A DNA stretch of 37,329 bases, from IMG/VR virus record IMGVR_UViG_3300048011_000128, positions 1 through 37,329 of that record. One strand, written 5' to 3'. The translations under genes were made by a program, and so were the position numbers. The notes below the pieces were generated by a model, which searched no databases, was not told where the DNA came from, and was given only the letters and a program-made list of their open reading frames with translations. This DNA comes from a virus (Duplodnaviria; Caudoviricetes). The first letter of the stretch is position 1, and every line of letters starts with the position of its first letter. This document shows, piece by piece, positions 1 to 8,810 of this stretch.

Positions 1-1
1 A

Positions 2-307
2 GTTAAACAACACGGTCTGTCTATAAGCATAGAAGAGTACAGACCTAACAAGAGCCAAGGTAATAAGCAAGAACGTATAGCTTCAGCTTTAGAACCTAGG
101 TACGACAACCTTAGTATGTGGCACTATAGGGGTGGTAATACTCAAATACTAGAGGAAGAGTTATCCTCTCGCAACCCACCACACGATGACGTTATTGACG
201 CATTGGCCTCTGTGGTAGACATGGCTATCAAGCCCTCACGTAGTGTAAGACGTGTAAGGGATAACGTAGTACAATTTAATTCAAGATTTGGTGGAGTTTC
301 TTTCTAA
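2..307 (+). CDS. terL: Terminase large subunit, C-terminal nuclease end (5' truncated)
   Basis: Frame is open from base 2 (VKQHGLSISIEEYRP...KQERIASALEP...HDDVIDALA). The KxxRI and HDDxxDA motifs fit the TerL RNase-H-like domain. Lies directly upstream of the portal. Confidence 0.9.
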   Translation, partial: VKQHGLSISIEEYRPNKSQGNKQERIASALEPRYDNLSMWHYRGGNTQILEEELSSRNPPHDDVIDALASVVDMAIKPSRSVRRVRDNVVQFNSRFGGVSF

Positions 308-2052
308 TGGCTGGCACAACAGTTGACATCGAAAATATTATTAATCCTCATAGTGTAGCAGTTGATATAGCTGACCGTTGGACATCATGGAATAATTCTC
401 GTAAACCTAAGCTAGAGGAGTGGAAAGAGTTACGTAACTACATTTATGCTACAGATACTCGTACCACATCTAACTCTAAGTTACCTTGGACTAACAGTAC
501 AACAACACCCAAACTAACACAGATAGCTGACAACTTACATGCTAACTACTTCTCAGCTTTGTTCCCACAGAAACGTTGGTTCAGATTCGAAGCTGAAGAC
601 CAAGAGTCTGACACAAAAGCTAAACGAGATGTTATTCAGGCTTACATGGACAACAAGGTTCGTCAGTCTAACTTCGAGAATACAACAAGCAAGATACTTA
701 ACGACTACATCCAGTACGGTAACTGTTTTGCAACTATTGATTTTGTCAAAGACTATACCACCTACGAGGATGGTGAACGAGTTGTCAACTACATAGGTCC
801 TAAGCTAGTACGTATATCACCTTTCGATATTTGTTTTAATCCATTAGCACCTGACTTCGATAGCTCTCCTAAGATTGTCAGATCTATTATGACAACGGGT
901 GAGATCAAACGTAAGATTGCTGAGTCAGTTGACAACAAGTACATGGAAGAGATCTTCGATAGGATGTTAGTTAACCGTTCAGCTGCGAGTGGTAATGACA
1001 TTGATGTAGCTAAGTCACAGGCATTCATAGCTGATGGGTTCTCATCCCTACAGGAATACTATGAGTCTGAGTACGTAGAGGTCTTAACATTCTATGGTGA
1101 CATCTACGATCAAGACACTGGCACATTCCATAAGAACCGTGTCATTACAGTTGTTGACCGTGCGTACATACTCACCAATGAACAGAACCCTAGTTGGTTA
1201 GGTAAGTCACCTGTGTTCCATGCTGGTTGGAGAGAACGTCCTGACAACCTATATGCTATGGGACCATTAGATAATTTGGTTGGTATGCAATACCGTATTG
1301 ACCATTTAGAGAACCTTAAAGCTGATGTGTTCGATCAGATCGCATACCCAATCTTAAAGATTAGAGGTGATGTTGAGGACTTCGACTTCGAACCAGCAGC
1401 TCGTATCTACCTAGGTGATGAGGGTGACGTAGGCTACTTAGTGCCTGACTCAACAGCACTTAATGCTGACTTCCAGATCCAAGGCTTAGAGAACAAGATG
1501 GAGATGTTAGCTGGTGCACCTCGTGAAGCTATGGGTATCCGTAGTGCAGGTGAGAAGACAGCCTTCGAAGTACAATCCTTAATGACAGCTGCAGGTCGTA
1601 TCTTCCAGCACAAGACAGCTCACTTTGAACGTGTGTTCTTAGAACCAATCTTAAACACAATGTTAGAAGCTGCAAGACGTAACATGGATTATGCTGACAC
1701 AATCAGAATACTTAATGAGGACACTGGCATATTCTTCTTTGAGCAAATCACAAAGGATGACATAGCAGCTAACGGCAAGATCATTCCTATGGGTGCTCGT
1801 CACTTTGCTGAACGTGCTCAACGTGTACAGTCAATCACACAGCTGTACCAACTTAAACTACAAGACCCAACTATAGCTGCACATATGTCAGGCAAAGAGT
1901 TTGCTCGTATCTTAGCTGATGAGTTAGGTGAACCAGCATTGTTCTCTGAGAATATAACTGTCATTGAACAGATGGAAACACAGAAGATTGCTACAGAAGC
2001 TCAGGTTCAGTACGAAGAAGAACAAGAGATTGCAATCGAGAAGGGCTTATAA
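307..2052 (+). CDS. Portal (head-tail connector) protein
   Basis: 581 aa, located between terL and scaffold/capsid, with portal-like motifs (RISPFDI, YAMGPL, EKTAFEV). Confidence 0.88.
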   Translation: MAGTTVDIENIINPHSVAVDIADRWTSWNNSRKPKLEEWKELRNYIYATDTRTTSNSKLPWTNSTTTPKLTQIADNLHANYFSALFPQKRWFRFEAEDQESDTKAKRDVIQAYMDNKVRQSNFENTTSKILNDYIQYGNCFATIDFVKDYTTYEDGERVVNYIGPKLVRISPFDICFNPLAPDFDSSPKIVRSIMTTGEIKRKIAESVDNKYMEEIFDRMLVNRSAASGNDIDVAKSQAFIADGFSSLQEYYESEYVEVLTFYGDIYDQDTGTFHKNRVITVVDRAYILTNEQNPSWLGKSPVFHAGWRERPDNLYAMGPLDNLVGMQYRIDHLENLKADVFDQIAYPILKIRGDVEDFDFEPAARIYLGDEGDVGYLVPDSTALNADFQIQGLENKMEMLAGAPREAMGIRSAGEKTAFEVQSLMTAAGRIFQHKTAHFERVFLEPILNTMLEAARRNMDYADTIRILNEDTGIFFFEQITKDDIAANGKIIPMGARHFAERAQRVQSITQLYQLKLQDPTIAAHMSGKEFARILADELGEPALFSENITVIEQMETQKIATEAQVQYEEEQEIAIEKGL

Positions 2053-2295
2053 ATGAAGTCAGCTTGGTTTAACAAATGTAAAACTAAAGAAGAGAAATTG
2101 GCAGTTCGTCAGAGCCTCATGTCTAACCGTGAGAGCCTAGAACGCCTACAAGAGATTCTTGAGCCTATGCGAAAGGATACCCTACCTACAGCTGACTATG
2201 ACAGCCCCTCGTGGGCTTATAAGCAAGCTGACAGGATAGGTTACAACCGAGCACTAACCACGGTGCTTGATCTTATCAACTTAAACAAGGAATAA
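2053..2295 (+). CDS. Hypothetical protein between portal and scaffold
   Basis: 80-aa ORF abutting the portal stop, with normal codon usage. Confidence 0.7.
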   Translation: MKSAWFNKCKTKEEKLAVRQSLMSNRESLERLQEILEPMRKDTLPTADYDSPSWAYKQADRIGYNRALTTVLDLINLNKE

Positions 2296-2299
2296 TATT

Positions 2300-3067
2300 A
2301 TGGTATTTACTGAGGGAACTGAAACCGCACAGACCACTCAGCCAGAGCAAACACAAGAAGAAACCTCACCACAGGGATCTTTTTTGTCAAAGCTCGTAGA
2401 GGCAAAGGGAGAGAACTGGAAAGACCCTGAGGTTCTAGCTAAAGGTAAAATTGAAGCTGATGGCTACATCCAAACTCTAGAAGGTCAGTTGACACAAATG
2501 CGTGAAGACTTGAAGAAGAAAGAGTATCAGGACGAAGTTCTTGAACAACTCCAGAAAAAGGCCACTGAATCTACTGCAGTGAATAATGGAGTGCCCAACA
2601 ATAACAACAGTAACACTGAAGGAGAGAACACCACTCGTAATCTCAGTGAGGAAGACCTGAAGAGCCTTGTTGAACAGACACTTAATCAACGTGAAGCAGA
2701 TGCTGTCACTAAGACAAATCTACAACGTGTTGATGAGGAACTTGACAAAACCTTTGGCACTAATGCTGAAGAGGTTGTTAAGAAGAAAGCTGAAGAGCTA
2801 GGAATGTCAATGGATCGTTTAAGTGAAATTGCTTCTGAATCTCCTAATGCCTTCTTCACTCTGATCGGTGAACCTAAGCCAACATTTAACCCTATGGTTA
2901 ATGGCTCAGTACGAACTGAGGGTGTCAATATGCAAGTCTCGACGGATAGAAATTGGCAATACTACCAGAAGCTACGTCGAGAGAACCCTAACCAGTACTA
3001 TGAACCTAAAATGCAACAACAACTATTACAAGATAGAATGCGTTTAGGGGATAATTTCGGTAACTAA
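2300..3067 (+). CDS. Capsid scaffolding protein
   Basis: Acidic, coiled-coil-rich 255 aa immediately before the MCP; AAGGA RBS. Confidence 0.75.
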   Translation: MVFTEGTETAQTTQPEQTQEETSPQGSFLSKLVEAKGENWKDPEVLAKGKIEADGYIQTLEGQLTQMREDLKKKEYQDEVLEQLQKKATESTAVNNGVPNNNNSNTEGENTTRNLSEEDLKSLVEQTLNQREADAVTKTNLQRVDEELDKTFGTNAEEVVKKKAEELGMSMDRLSEIASESPNAFFTLIGEPKPTFNPMVNGSVRTEGVNMQVSTDRNWQYYQKLRRENPNQYYEPKMQQQLLQDRMRLGDNFGN

Positions 3068-3088
3068 ATCTAAGAAAGGACTAGCACA

Positions 3089-4063
3089 ATGGCTGGTATG
3101 ATTTCCTCAAATGCTGATACACAGCGTTTAATCAGGGCAGAGGTTTACTCCTCTGAACTAAAAGACATCCTTCGGGATGAAATGCAAGCACAAAAATACG
3201 TGCGTATGCTAGATGGATTCCCAGATGGTGATTCATTTACAATCCCAACAATCGGTAAAACTGTAACTGCTAACTACACAGAAGATACACAAGTTGCATA
3301 TACACCGATGGACACAGCTGAATTTGCTTTCACTGTAGACCAATACCTACAGTCTGCGTCATACTTGACAAAGAAAGCTGCACAAGATTCATTCTATAGT
3401 GCACAATTGGAAGCTAGATTTGTTCCTGAGCAAGAACGTGCGATCATGGAACACTTCGAATCAACAACTTTCTCAGCACCTGAAGTGGGTGTTACAGCTA
3501 ACTCAGCAGAAACTCTTGATGGTGTTGCTCACCGTATCTCAGGTGGTAATGCTGGACGTTTAGAATTAGCTGACTTCGCATTTGCTCGTTATGCCTTGAA
3601 AAAGTCAAACGTTGCAGATCGTGGTATGGTTGCTATTGTTGATCCATCAGCTGAATACATGTTAAACACATTAACTAACGTTACTAACGTATCAAACAAC
3701 CCTAAGTTTGAAGGTATCGTAAGTTCAGGTGTTGCAACAGGTATGCGTTTCGTAGCTAACGTCTACGGTTTTGATGTATACACATCTAACTACTTGAAGT
3801 CAACAGTAGCTGACGCAGCATTGGTAGAGAAAGATGGCTCAACAGCTAATGACTTCTCATCTAACAATGGTGTTGCTAACTTATTCTTCTCAGCAGATCC
3901 TTCATCTAACCCATTCGTGGGTGCTTGGAGACAAATGCCAGAAGTTGACTATGAGTACAACAAAGACTTCCAACGCCACGAGTATGTTACAACAGCTCGT
4001 TACGGTGTTAAGAAGTACCGTCCAGAAGGTATCGTTACAGTCGTAACTAACCCAGCTGTATAA
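3089..4063 (+). CDS. Major capsid protein
   Basis: 324 aa with strong codon bias, AAAGGA RBS, podovirus MCP-like motifs (GDSFTIP, ARYG) and a downstream terminator. Confidence 0.9.
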   Translation: MAGMISSNADTQRLIRAEVYSSELKDILRDEMQAQKYVRMLDGFPDGDSFTIPTIGKTVTANYTEDTQVAYTPMDTAEFAFTVDQYLQSASYLTKKAAQDSFYSAQLEARFVPEQERAIMEHFESTTFSAPEVGVTANSAETLDGVAHRISGGNAGRLELADFAFARYALKKSNVADRGMVAIVDPSAEYMLNTLTNVTNVSNNPKFEGIVSSGVATGMRFVANVYGFDVYTSNYLKSTVADAALVEKDGSTANDFSSNNGVANLFFSADPSSNPFVGAWRQMPEVDYEYNKDFQRHEYVTTARYGVKKYRPEGIVTVVTNPAV

Positions 4064-4074
4064 TTAAAACATTA

Positions 4075-4110
4075 GGGGTGGGGCTTTATTTAGCCCTACC
4101 TCACTTTTCT
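4075..4110 (+). terminator. Intrinsic terminator after MCP
   Basis: GGGGTGGGGCT-ttattt-AGCCCTACCTC stem (with GU pairs) followed by ACTTTTCT. Confidence 0.75.
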
Positions 4111-4111
4111 A

Positions 4112-4140
4112 TTGACAGAAGATTTAAACTACGGTATAAT
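4112..4140 (+). promoter_or_regulatory. Consensus sigma70 promoter for tail genes
   Basis: TTGACA-N17-TATAAT, a perfect match. Confidence 0.85.
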
Positions 4141-4192
4141 ATATTTACCTTGGCAGGGCCAGTAGTATATACCCCACTACGGAGAGATAACA

Positions 4193-4663
4193 ATGGCTAA
4201 CGTAAACCACAGTTCACTTACAGATCCCTACATCCACGAACCTAAAGGCGCAGCATCAGCAGCTGCAGGTAGGGTTTATGTAGCTAACGGGTCAGGTTCA
4301 GGAACTTGGACAGCTAAAGAAACATTAGTAGGTGAGACTCTCACAGGATACATAGAGGACGTGTCAGCTGTTGAAACAGTTCACATACCAATACCCTTTG
4401 CTGGAAGTATAAGTAAAGTTGTTACAGTTCTTGAAGGAGCTATAGGTTCAGCAGATGCTACAGTAACAGTTAAGAATGCAGCAGCAGCATCTATGGGTAC
4501 ACTTACAATATCACACACAGGATCAGCAGCTGGTGACGTTGACACACTATCACCAACATCTAACAACACAGTGACAGCTGACAGCTTCATGACAATAAGC
4601 AGTAATGGGGCATCAACCACACAAGCTAAACTAAGATTTACAATTGTATTGGATAGGTCATAA
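4193..4663 (+). CDS. Virion structural protein (head fibre/decoration-like)
   Basis: 156 aa, A/T/S/G-rich and beta-rich, with N-terminal HEPKG motif; GGAGA RBS. Confidence 0.55.
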   Translation: MANVNHSSLTDPYIHEPKGAASAAAGRVYVANGSGSGTWTAKETLVGETLTGYIEDVSAVETVHIPIPFAGSISKVVTVLEGAIGSADATVTVKNAAAASMGTLTISHTGSAAGDVDTLSPTSNNTVTADSFMTISSNGASTTQAKLRFTIVLDRS

Positions 4664-5394
4664 TGAAACGTACACTCCTTGAGATGGTTCAAAGTATTCT
4701 GAGTGATATGGACTCAGAGGATGTTAATACAATAAGTGATACAATTGAAGCTCAACAGGTAGCCTCTGTCATTGAGGATGCATACTACAACATTGTGTCA
4801 GCTCGTGACATACCTGAGCATAGGCAGCTCCTAAAGCTTACCTCTTTGTCAGACAGTACACGTCCCACCCATTTTAAATACCCAGATAACGTTAAGCAGA
4901 TCGAAAGTATACACTACAATACAGCAGCTTCAGGTTCTAGCTACAAGGCAATCTACTATGTAGAACCTTTAGACTTTATTCTTAAGATGGATGAACACTC
5001 ACCTAACTCACTTAAGGTTGCTGACAAACAGGGTAACACAGATCTGTTCGTTCTTAACGACTCACAACCAACATACTACACGTCCTTTGATGATGAACAC
5101 ATCGTAATGAATTCGTATGATAGTACGGTTGACTCAACACTAGCAGCTGATAAGACAAGAGCATATGGTTCTGTTTACCCTACGTTCTCCATAACAGATT
5201 CTTTTGAGCCTGACCTAGATGACAATATGTTACCTTACCTTTTAGCTGAGGCTAAGTCTACCTGTTTCTCTTTGTTTAAGAGTGGTTCAGACCCCAAGGT
5301 TGAACAGTCAGCTAGACGTTTAAAAGCCTATGTGCAGAATGACATGCACAACACTAAGAAGGCAAACAAAAGACCAGTTTACGGGAGAACTTGA
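4663..5394 (+). CDS. Tail tubular protein A (adaptor)
   Basis: The N-terminus (TLLEMVQSILSDMDSEDVNTI) is typical of T7 gp11-like adaptors; position also fits. Confidence 0.75.
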   Translation: MKRTLLEMVQSILSDMDSEDVNTISDTIEAQQVASVIEDAYYNIVSARDIPEHRQLLKLTSLSDSTRPTHFKYPDNVKQIESIHYNTAASGSSYKAIYYVEPLDFILKMDEHSPNSLKVADKQGNTDLFVLNDSQPTYYTSFDDEHIVMNSYDSTVDSTLAADKTRAYGSVYPTFSITDSFEPDLDDNMLPYLLAEAKSTCFSLFKSGSDPKVEQSARRLKAYVQNDMHNTKKANKRPVYGRT

Positions 5395-5702
5395 TGTTAG
5401 AGTTCATAGAGGACACAGCTAACCAAAGGTGTGTCTGTAAGTCAGATAAGATGGCAACCAACCTGATTATCGAAAAAGAGCTAGGTGGATTTATATTCTT
5501 CATTGTCAAAGTAGAAGTAGGCACAGTACCTAATCAGTTAAACGGTAGGTACTCATCCATAGCTGAAGCTAAGAAAGCTGTCACGAAGTATCTCAATAAC
5601 AAAAGAGAAACTCAGGCAGTTCGTAGAGAGAACTTCAGCAAAGAGAGACAACAACGCAAGGCGGTAGAGAATGGCCCAAAGCTTAACACAAAAGACAGTT
5701 AA
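5394..5702 (+). CDS. Hypothetical protein
   Basis: ATG overlaps the upstream TGA (TGATG); ~102 aa. Confidence 0.6.
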   Translation: MLEFIEDTANQRCVCKSDKMATNLIIEKELGGFIFFIVKVEVGTVPNQLNGRYSSIAEAKKAVTKYLNNKRETQAVRRENFSKERQQRKAVENGPKLNTKDS

Positions 5703-7785
5703 CAACTTTGTCAAGGGTCTTATTACTGAGGCTGCTGAGTTAACGTTTCCTGAAGGTGCTTCAGTTAATGAGTTAAACTGTGACCTTCGTAGGGATGGCT
5801 CTCGACGTAGACGACAAGGTGTAGCTTTAGAGAGTAACAATGTTTTGTCATCCTTTACTATCAGTGACTCAGATAGAGTTAACACTGGTAACTGGGTTAA
5901 CGTTGGTGGTAATGCATCCCTTGAGTTCTTAGTGGTGCAAAAAGGCAACACTTTATATTTTTATAATAAGGCTGAACTACCCTACTCAGCACAGATACAG
6001 GCAGGTACTGTTAATCTGTCATCATATGAGTTCTCAGGTTCAACAGGAGCTAACAACTCTAACTGTCAGTTTGCTAGTATCAATGGTAACCTTGTAGTTT
6101 CATCAGCTGGTATCAATACTATTGTTGTGTCATACAATGGCTCTACCATATCTGTATCATCTATATCGTTTAAGGTTAGAGACTTTGATTGGCAGGGTGA
6201 TACTGACACCTACAGTACAGAAGATAACTCACCTTCAGCTGCACGTACATACGATGCTAAGAATACAGGATGGGGACAGAGTGGTGGTCCATCTGACTTC
6301 ACTAAGCCTCTGACACATCCTTGGTATGCAGGTAAAGACGAAGAGGGTAACTACGACGAAGCTGAATGGGACAAGGTATTTGCTGGTACTACTCTTACAG
6401 GTAACGGACACTTTCTTGTAGACTTCTTTAGTAAAGTACGTAGTGGCCTACCAACTGAAATAGAAGCATCTCGTTTTAAATCTGTAGCATCATTCTCAGG
6501 TCGAGTATTCTACGCAGGTCTAACAAGTGCTAAACATGCAGGTACAATCCTATTCTCTCGTCTTGTAGAAGACACAGATGACTTAGGTAACTGTCACCAA
6601 CAGAACGATCCAACAGCTGAGTATTTGTCAGACCTATTAGCTACTGACGGTGGTGTTCTTAACATACCAGATGCTGTTAACATACAGCTACTGTATCCTT
6701 TCCGTTCCTCATTGTTCATCTTTGCTGAGAACGGTGTGTGGCAGATTACAGGTGTTGATGGTATCTTCTCAGCCACAGCTTACGGTGTTAACCGTGTGTC
6801 TAACATCGGCCTACTTAACCCACAGACATTTATCCAAGCTGAAGGCTTACCTTTCTGGTGGTCACGTTTTGGTATTCACACACTAAACATTGACGAAGTA
6901 TCAGGTCAGGGTTCAGAACAGAACATTACAATCCCAACCATACAATCTTTCTGGGATAAAATATCTACACCAGCTAAGGCTAAAGTTACAAGTATATACG
7001 ACAGTATAAACAAAAAGATATACTGGGCGTATCCTGACAACGATGAGACTGTAGAAGCTAAACTTAATAACATACTCATACTAGATCTTACACTACAGGC
7101 TTTCTACCCTTGGAGAATAGAGGATGAAGCATCAAGTACAGATGCTGTAGTTGGTTTGTCATTCTACTCAGGGTTCGGTGCTGCTGAGTTAGAACTAGAT
7201 GTACAGACATCAGGTGGTGACGATGTTGTTACTTCAGGTGGTGATGATGTTGTATCTACGCAGATCTCAGACTTTACAACTGGTGACCCAGCCCTTGTTC
7301 TACTCATAAGAGAAGGTGCAAGTAACAAACTTACAATGGGTACATTCTCAGATACTAACTTCTTAGATTGGGGTAGTGTTAACTACTCATCGTTTGCTGA
7401 GACAGGCTATGACTTTGTAGGTGACCTAATAGCTAAGAAGAATACACCATACATCGCTGTGTATTCTCGGTTGACAGAAGAGGGTTTTACAGGTAGTGAA
7501 CAAGCAGGGTATGAATCAATCAGACCATCCTCATTGCTTGTGTCAACAGCATGGGACTTCAACTCTAACTTCAGTGCTGGTCAACAAGCATACAGACTGA
7601 AGCACCCTGTAGTTGTAGACCCTGATAACCTAGCAACATTTAATTACCCTGAGGATGTTATTACAACTAGACTTAAAGTCAGGGGTCATGGTCGTTCTGT
7701 ACGTATTAAGTACGAGAGTGAACAAGGTAAAGATTTTATTCTTCTAGGTTGGGGTCTGGTACAAGGAAGAAACAGTAGGTTCTAA
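5671..7785 (+). CDS. Tail tubular protein B (nozzle)
   Basis: 704 aa, beta-rich, NNFVKGLITE N-terminus and RxRxG-like segment, in the gp12-like position. Confidence 0.8.
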   Translation: MAQSLTQKTVNNFVKGLITEAAELTFPEGASVNELNCDLRRDGSRRRRQGVALESNNVLSSFTISDSDRVNTGNWVNVGGNASLEFLVVQKGNTLYFYNKAELPYSAQIQAGTVNLSSYEFSGSTGANNSNCQFASINGNLVVSSAGINTIVVSYNGSTISVSSISFKVRDFDWQGDTDTYSTEDNSPSAARTYDAKNTGWGQSGGPSDFTKPLTHPWYAGKDEEGNYDEAEWDKVFAGTTLTGNGHFLVDFFSKVRSGLPTEIEASRFKSVASFSGRVFYAGLTSAKHAGTILFSRLVEDTDDLGNCHQQNDPTAEYLSDLLATDGGVLNIPDAVNIQLLYPFRSSLFIFAENGVWQITGVDGIFSATAYGVNRVSNIGLLNPQTFIQAEGLPFWWSRFGIHTLNIDEVSGQGSEQNITIPTIQSFWDKISTPAKAKVTSIYDSINKKIYWAYPDNDETVEAKLNNILILDLTLQAFYPWRIEDEASSTDAVVGLSFYSGFGAAELELDVQTSGGDDVVTSGGDDVVSTQISDFTTGDPALVLLIREGASNKLTMGTFSDTNFLDWGSVNYSSFAETGYDFVGDLIAKKNTPYIAVYSRLTEEGFTGSEQAGYESIRPSSLLVSTAWDFNSNFSAGQQAYRLKHPVVVDPDNLATFNYPEDVITTRLKVRGHGRSVRIKYESEQGKDFILLGWGLVQGRNSRF
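7207..7254 (+). repeat. In-frame tandem repeat, TSGGDDVV x2
   Basis: acatcaggtggtgacgatgttgtt / acttcaggtggtgatgatgttgta. Confidence 0.85.
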
Positions 7786-8246
7786 TGTCAGACTACATAC
7801 TACGTGATGCAAAAGAAGCAGATGTATTAGATATAGTGTTATCTGTTAAGCAGTTTTGTAAGGAAGTACCTCACCCAGCTTGGGGTAAGTTTGAAGCAAA
7901 CAAAGTTAAAGACTTAGTGACAGGCTTAATACAAAATGAATTAGGTTTTGTTAAGATTGTCACACATGAAGATGAGGTAGTAGGAGCACTAATAGGTTGT
8001 GCTACAGAACTACCGATGAACTCTTATGTATTCGCACAAGAGTTGATGTTCTGGCTAGAGCCTGACCATAGGAACGGTAAGACATCACCAAAGCTTATTG
8101 ACGCATATGTGCAATGGGCTAAAGATATTAACTGTGACTTTATACGGTTATCAACACTAGACGAATTATTAGATAGTAGGGCTGGCATTCTCTTTAAGAG
8201 AAAAGGTTTTAAGCCTATAGAAACAGCTTATATAAAGGAAGTTTAA
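7785..8246 (+). CDS. GNAT-family acetyltransferase
   Basis: N-terminal LRDA motif, acetyl-CoA motif FWLEPDHRNG, C-terminal KRKGFKPIE. Confidence 0.8.
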   Translation: MSDYILRDAKEADVLDIVLSVKQFCKEVPHPAWGKFEANKVKDLVTGLIQNELGFVKIVTHEDEVVGALIGCATELPMNSYVFAQELMFWLEPDHRNGKTSPKLIDAYVQWAKDINCDFIRLSTLDELLDSRAGILFKRKGFKPIETAYIKEV

Positions 8247-8247
8247 C

Positions 8248-8793
8248 ATGGCAGTTTTTACAGCATTAGCAATAGGTGGAGTAATGTCCGTAGGTGCAGC
8301 TATAGCCACAGGCGCAGCTGTTTACGGAACAGCAGCTGCAGTTGTAAGTACTAAGAAGTCCGTTAAGGCAGCTGAGGCAGCATCTGCTACTGCAGCACAA
8401 GCTACTCAAGTTCAGATACAACAACAGAAAGAAACAGCTACTCGTCAACGTAGGAGTGCTGTACGTTCTAGTATCATAGCTAGAGCTAGAGGACAACAAG
8501 TTGCTCAACAAAGAGGTGTTGCAACATCATCAGGATTCCTAGGTGGTGTCTCATCTTTGTCATCACAACTGGGAGCTAACCTAGGTTTTGGCTCAATGAT
8601 GAGTGGGTTAGGTCAACAGTTTACTGGGTTATCAGGATTAGCAGCACAACAAACAGCACAGTCTCAAAGGTACGGAGCTATAGCAAGTACAGGTATGCAA
8701 GTAGCTCAGCTTGGTTTTGGTTCTGGTAAGGTTACAAACCCATTTGCAACTACTGGTACTCCTTTAGGTAATCCTAGCATGGGTATGTATTAA
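8248..8793 (+). CDS. Internal virion (ejection) protein, gp14-like
   Basis: A/G/Q/S-rich with a hydrophobic N-terminus; first of three ejectosome-position genes. Confidence 0.6.
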   Translation: MAVFTALAIGGVMSVGAAIATGAAVYGTAAAVVSTKKSVKAAEAASATAAQATQVQIQQQKETATRQRRSAVRSSIIARARGQQVAQQRGVATSSGFLGGVSSLSSQLGANLGFGSMMSGLGQQFTGLSGLAAQQTAQSQRYGAIASTGMQVAQLGFGSGKVTNPFATTGTPLGNPSMGMY

Positions 8794-8810
8794 TTAAGGA
8801 TCTATAAATT

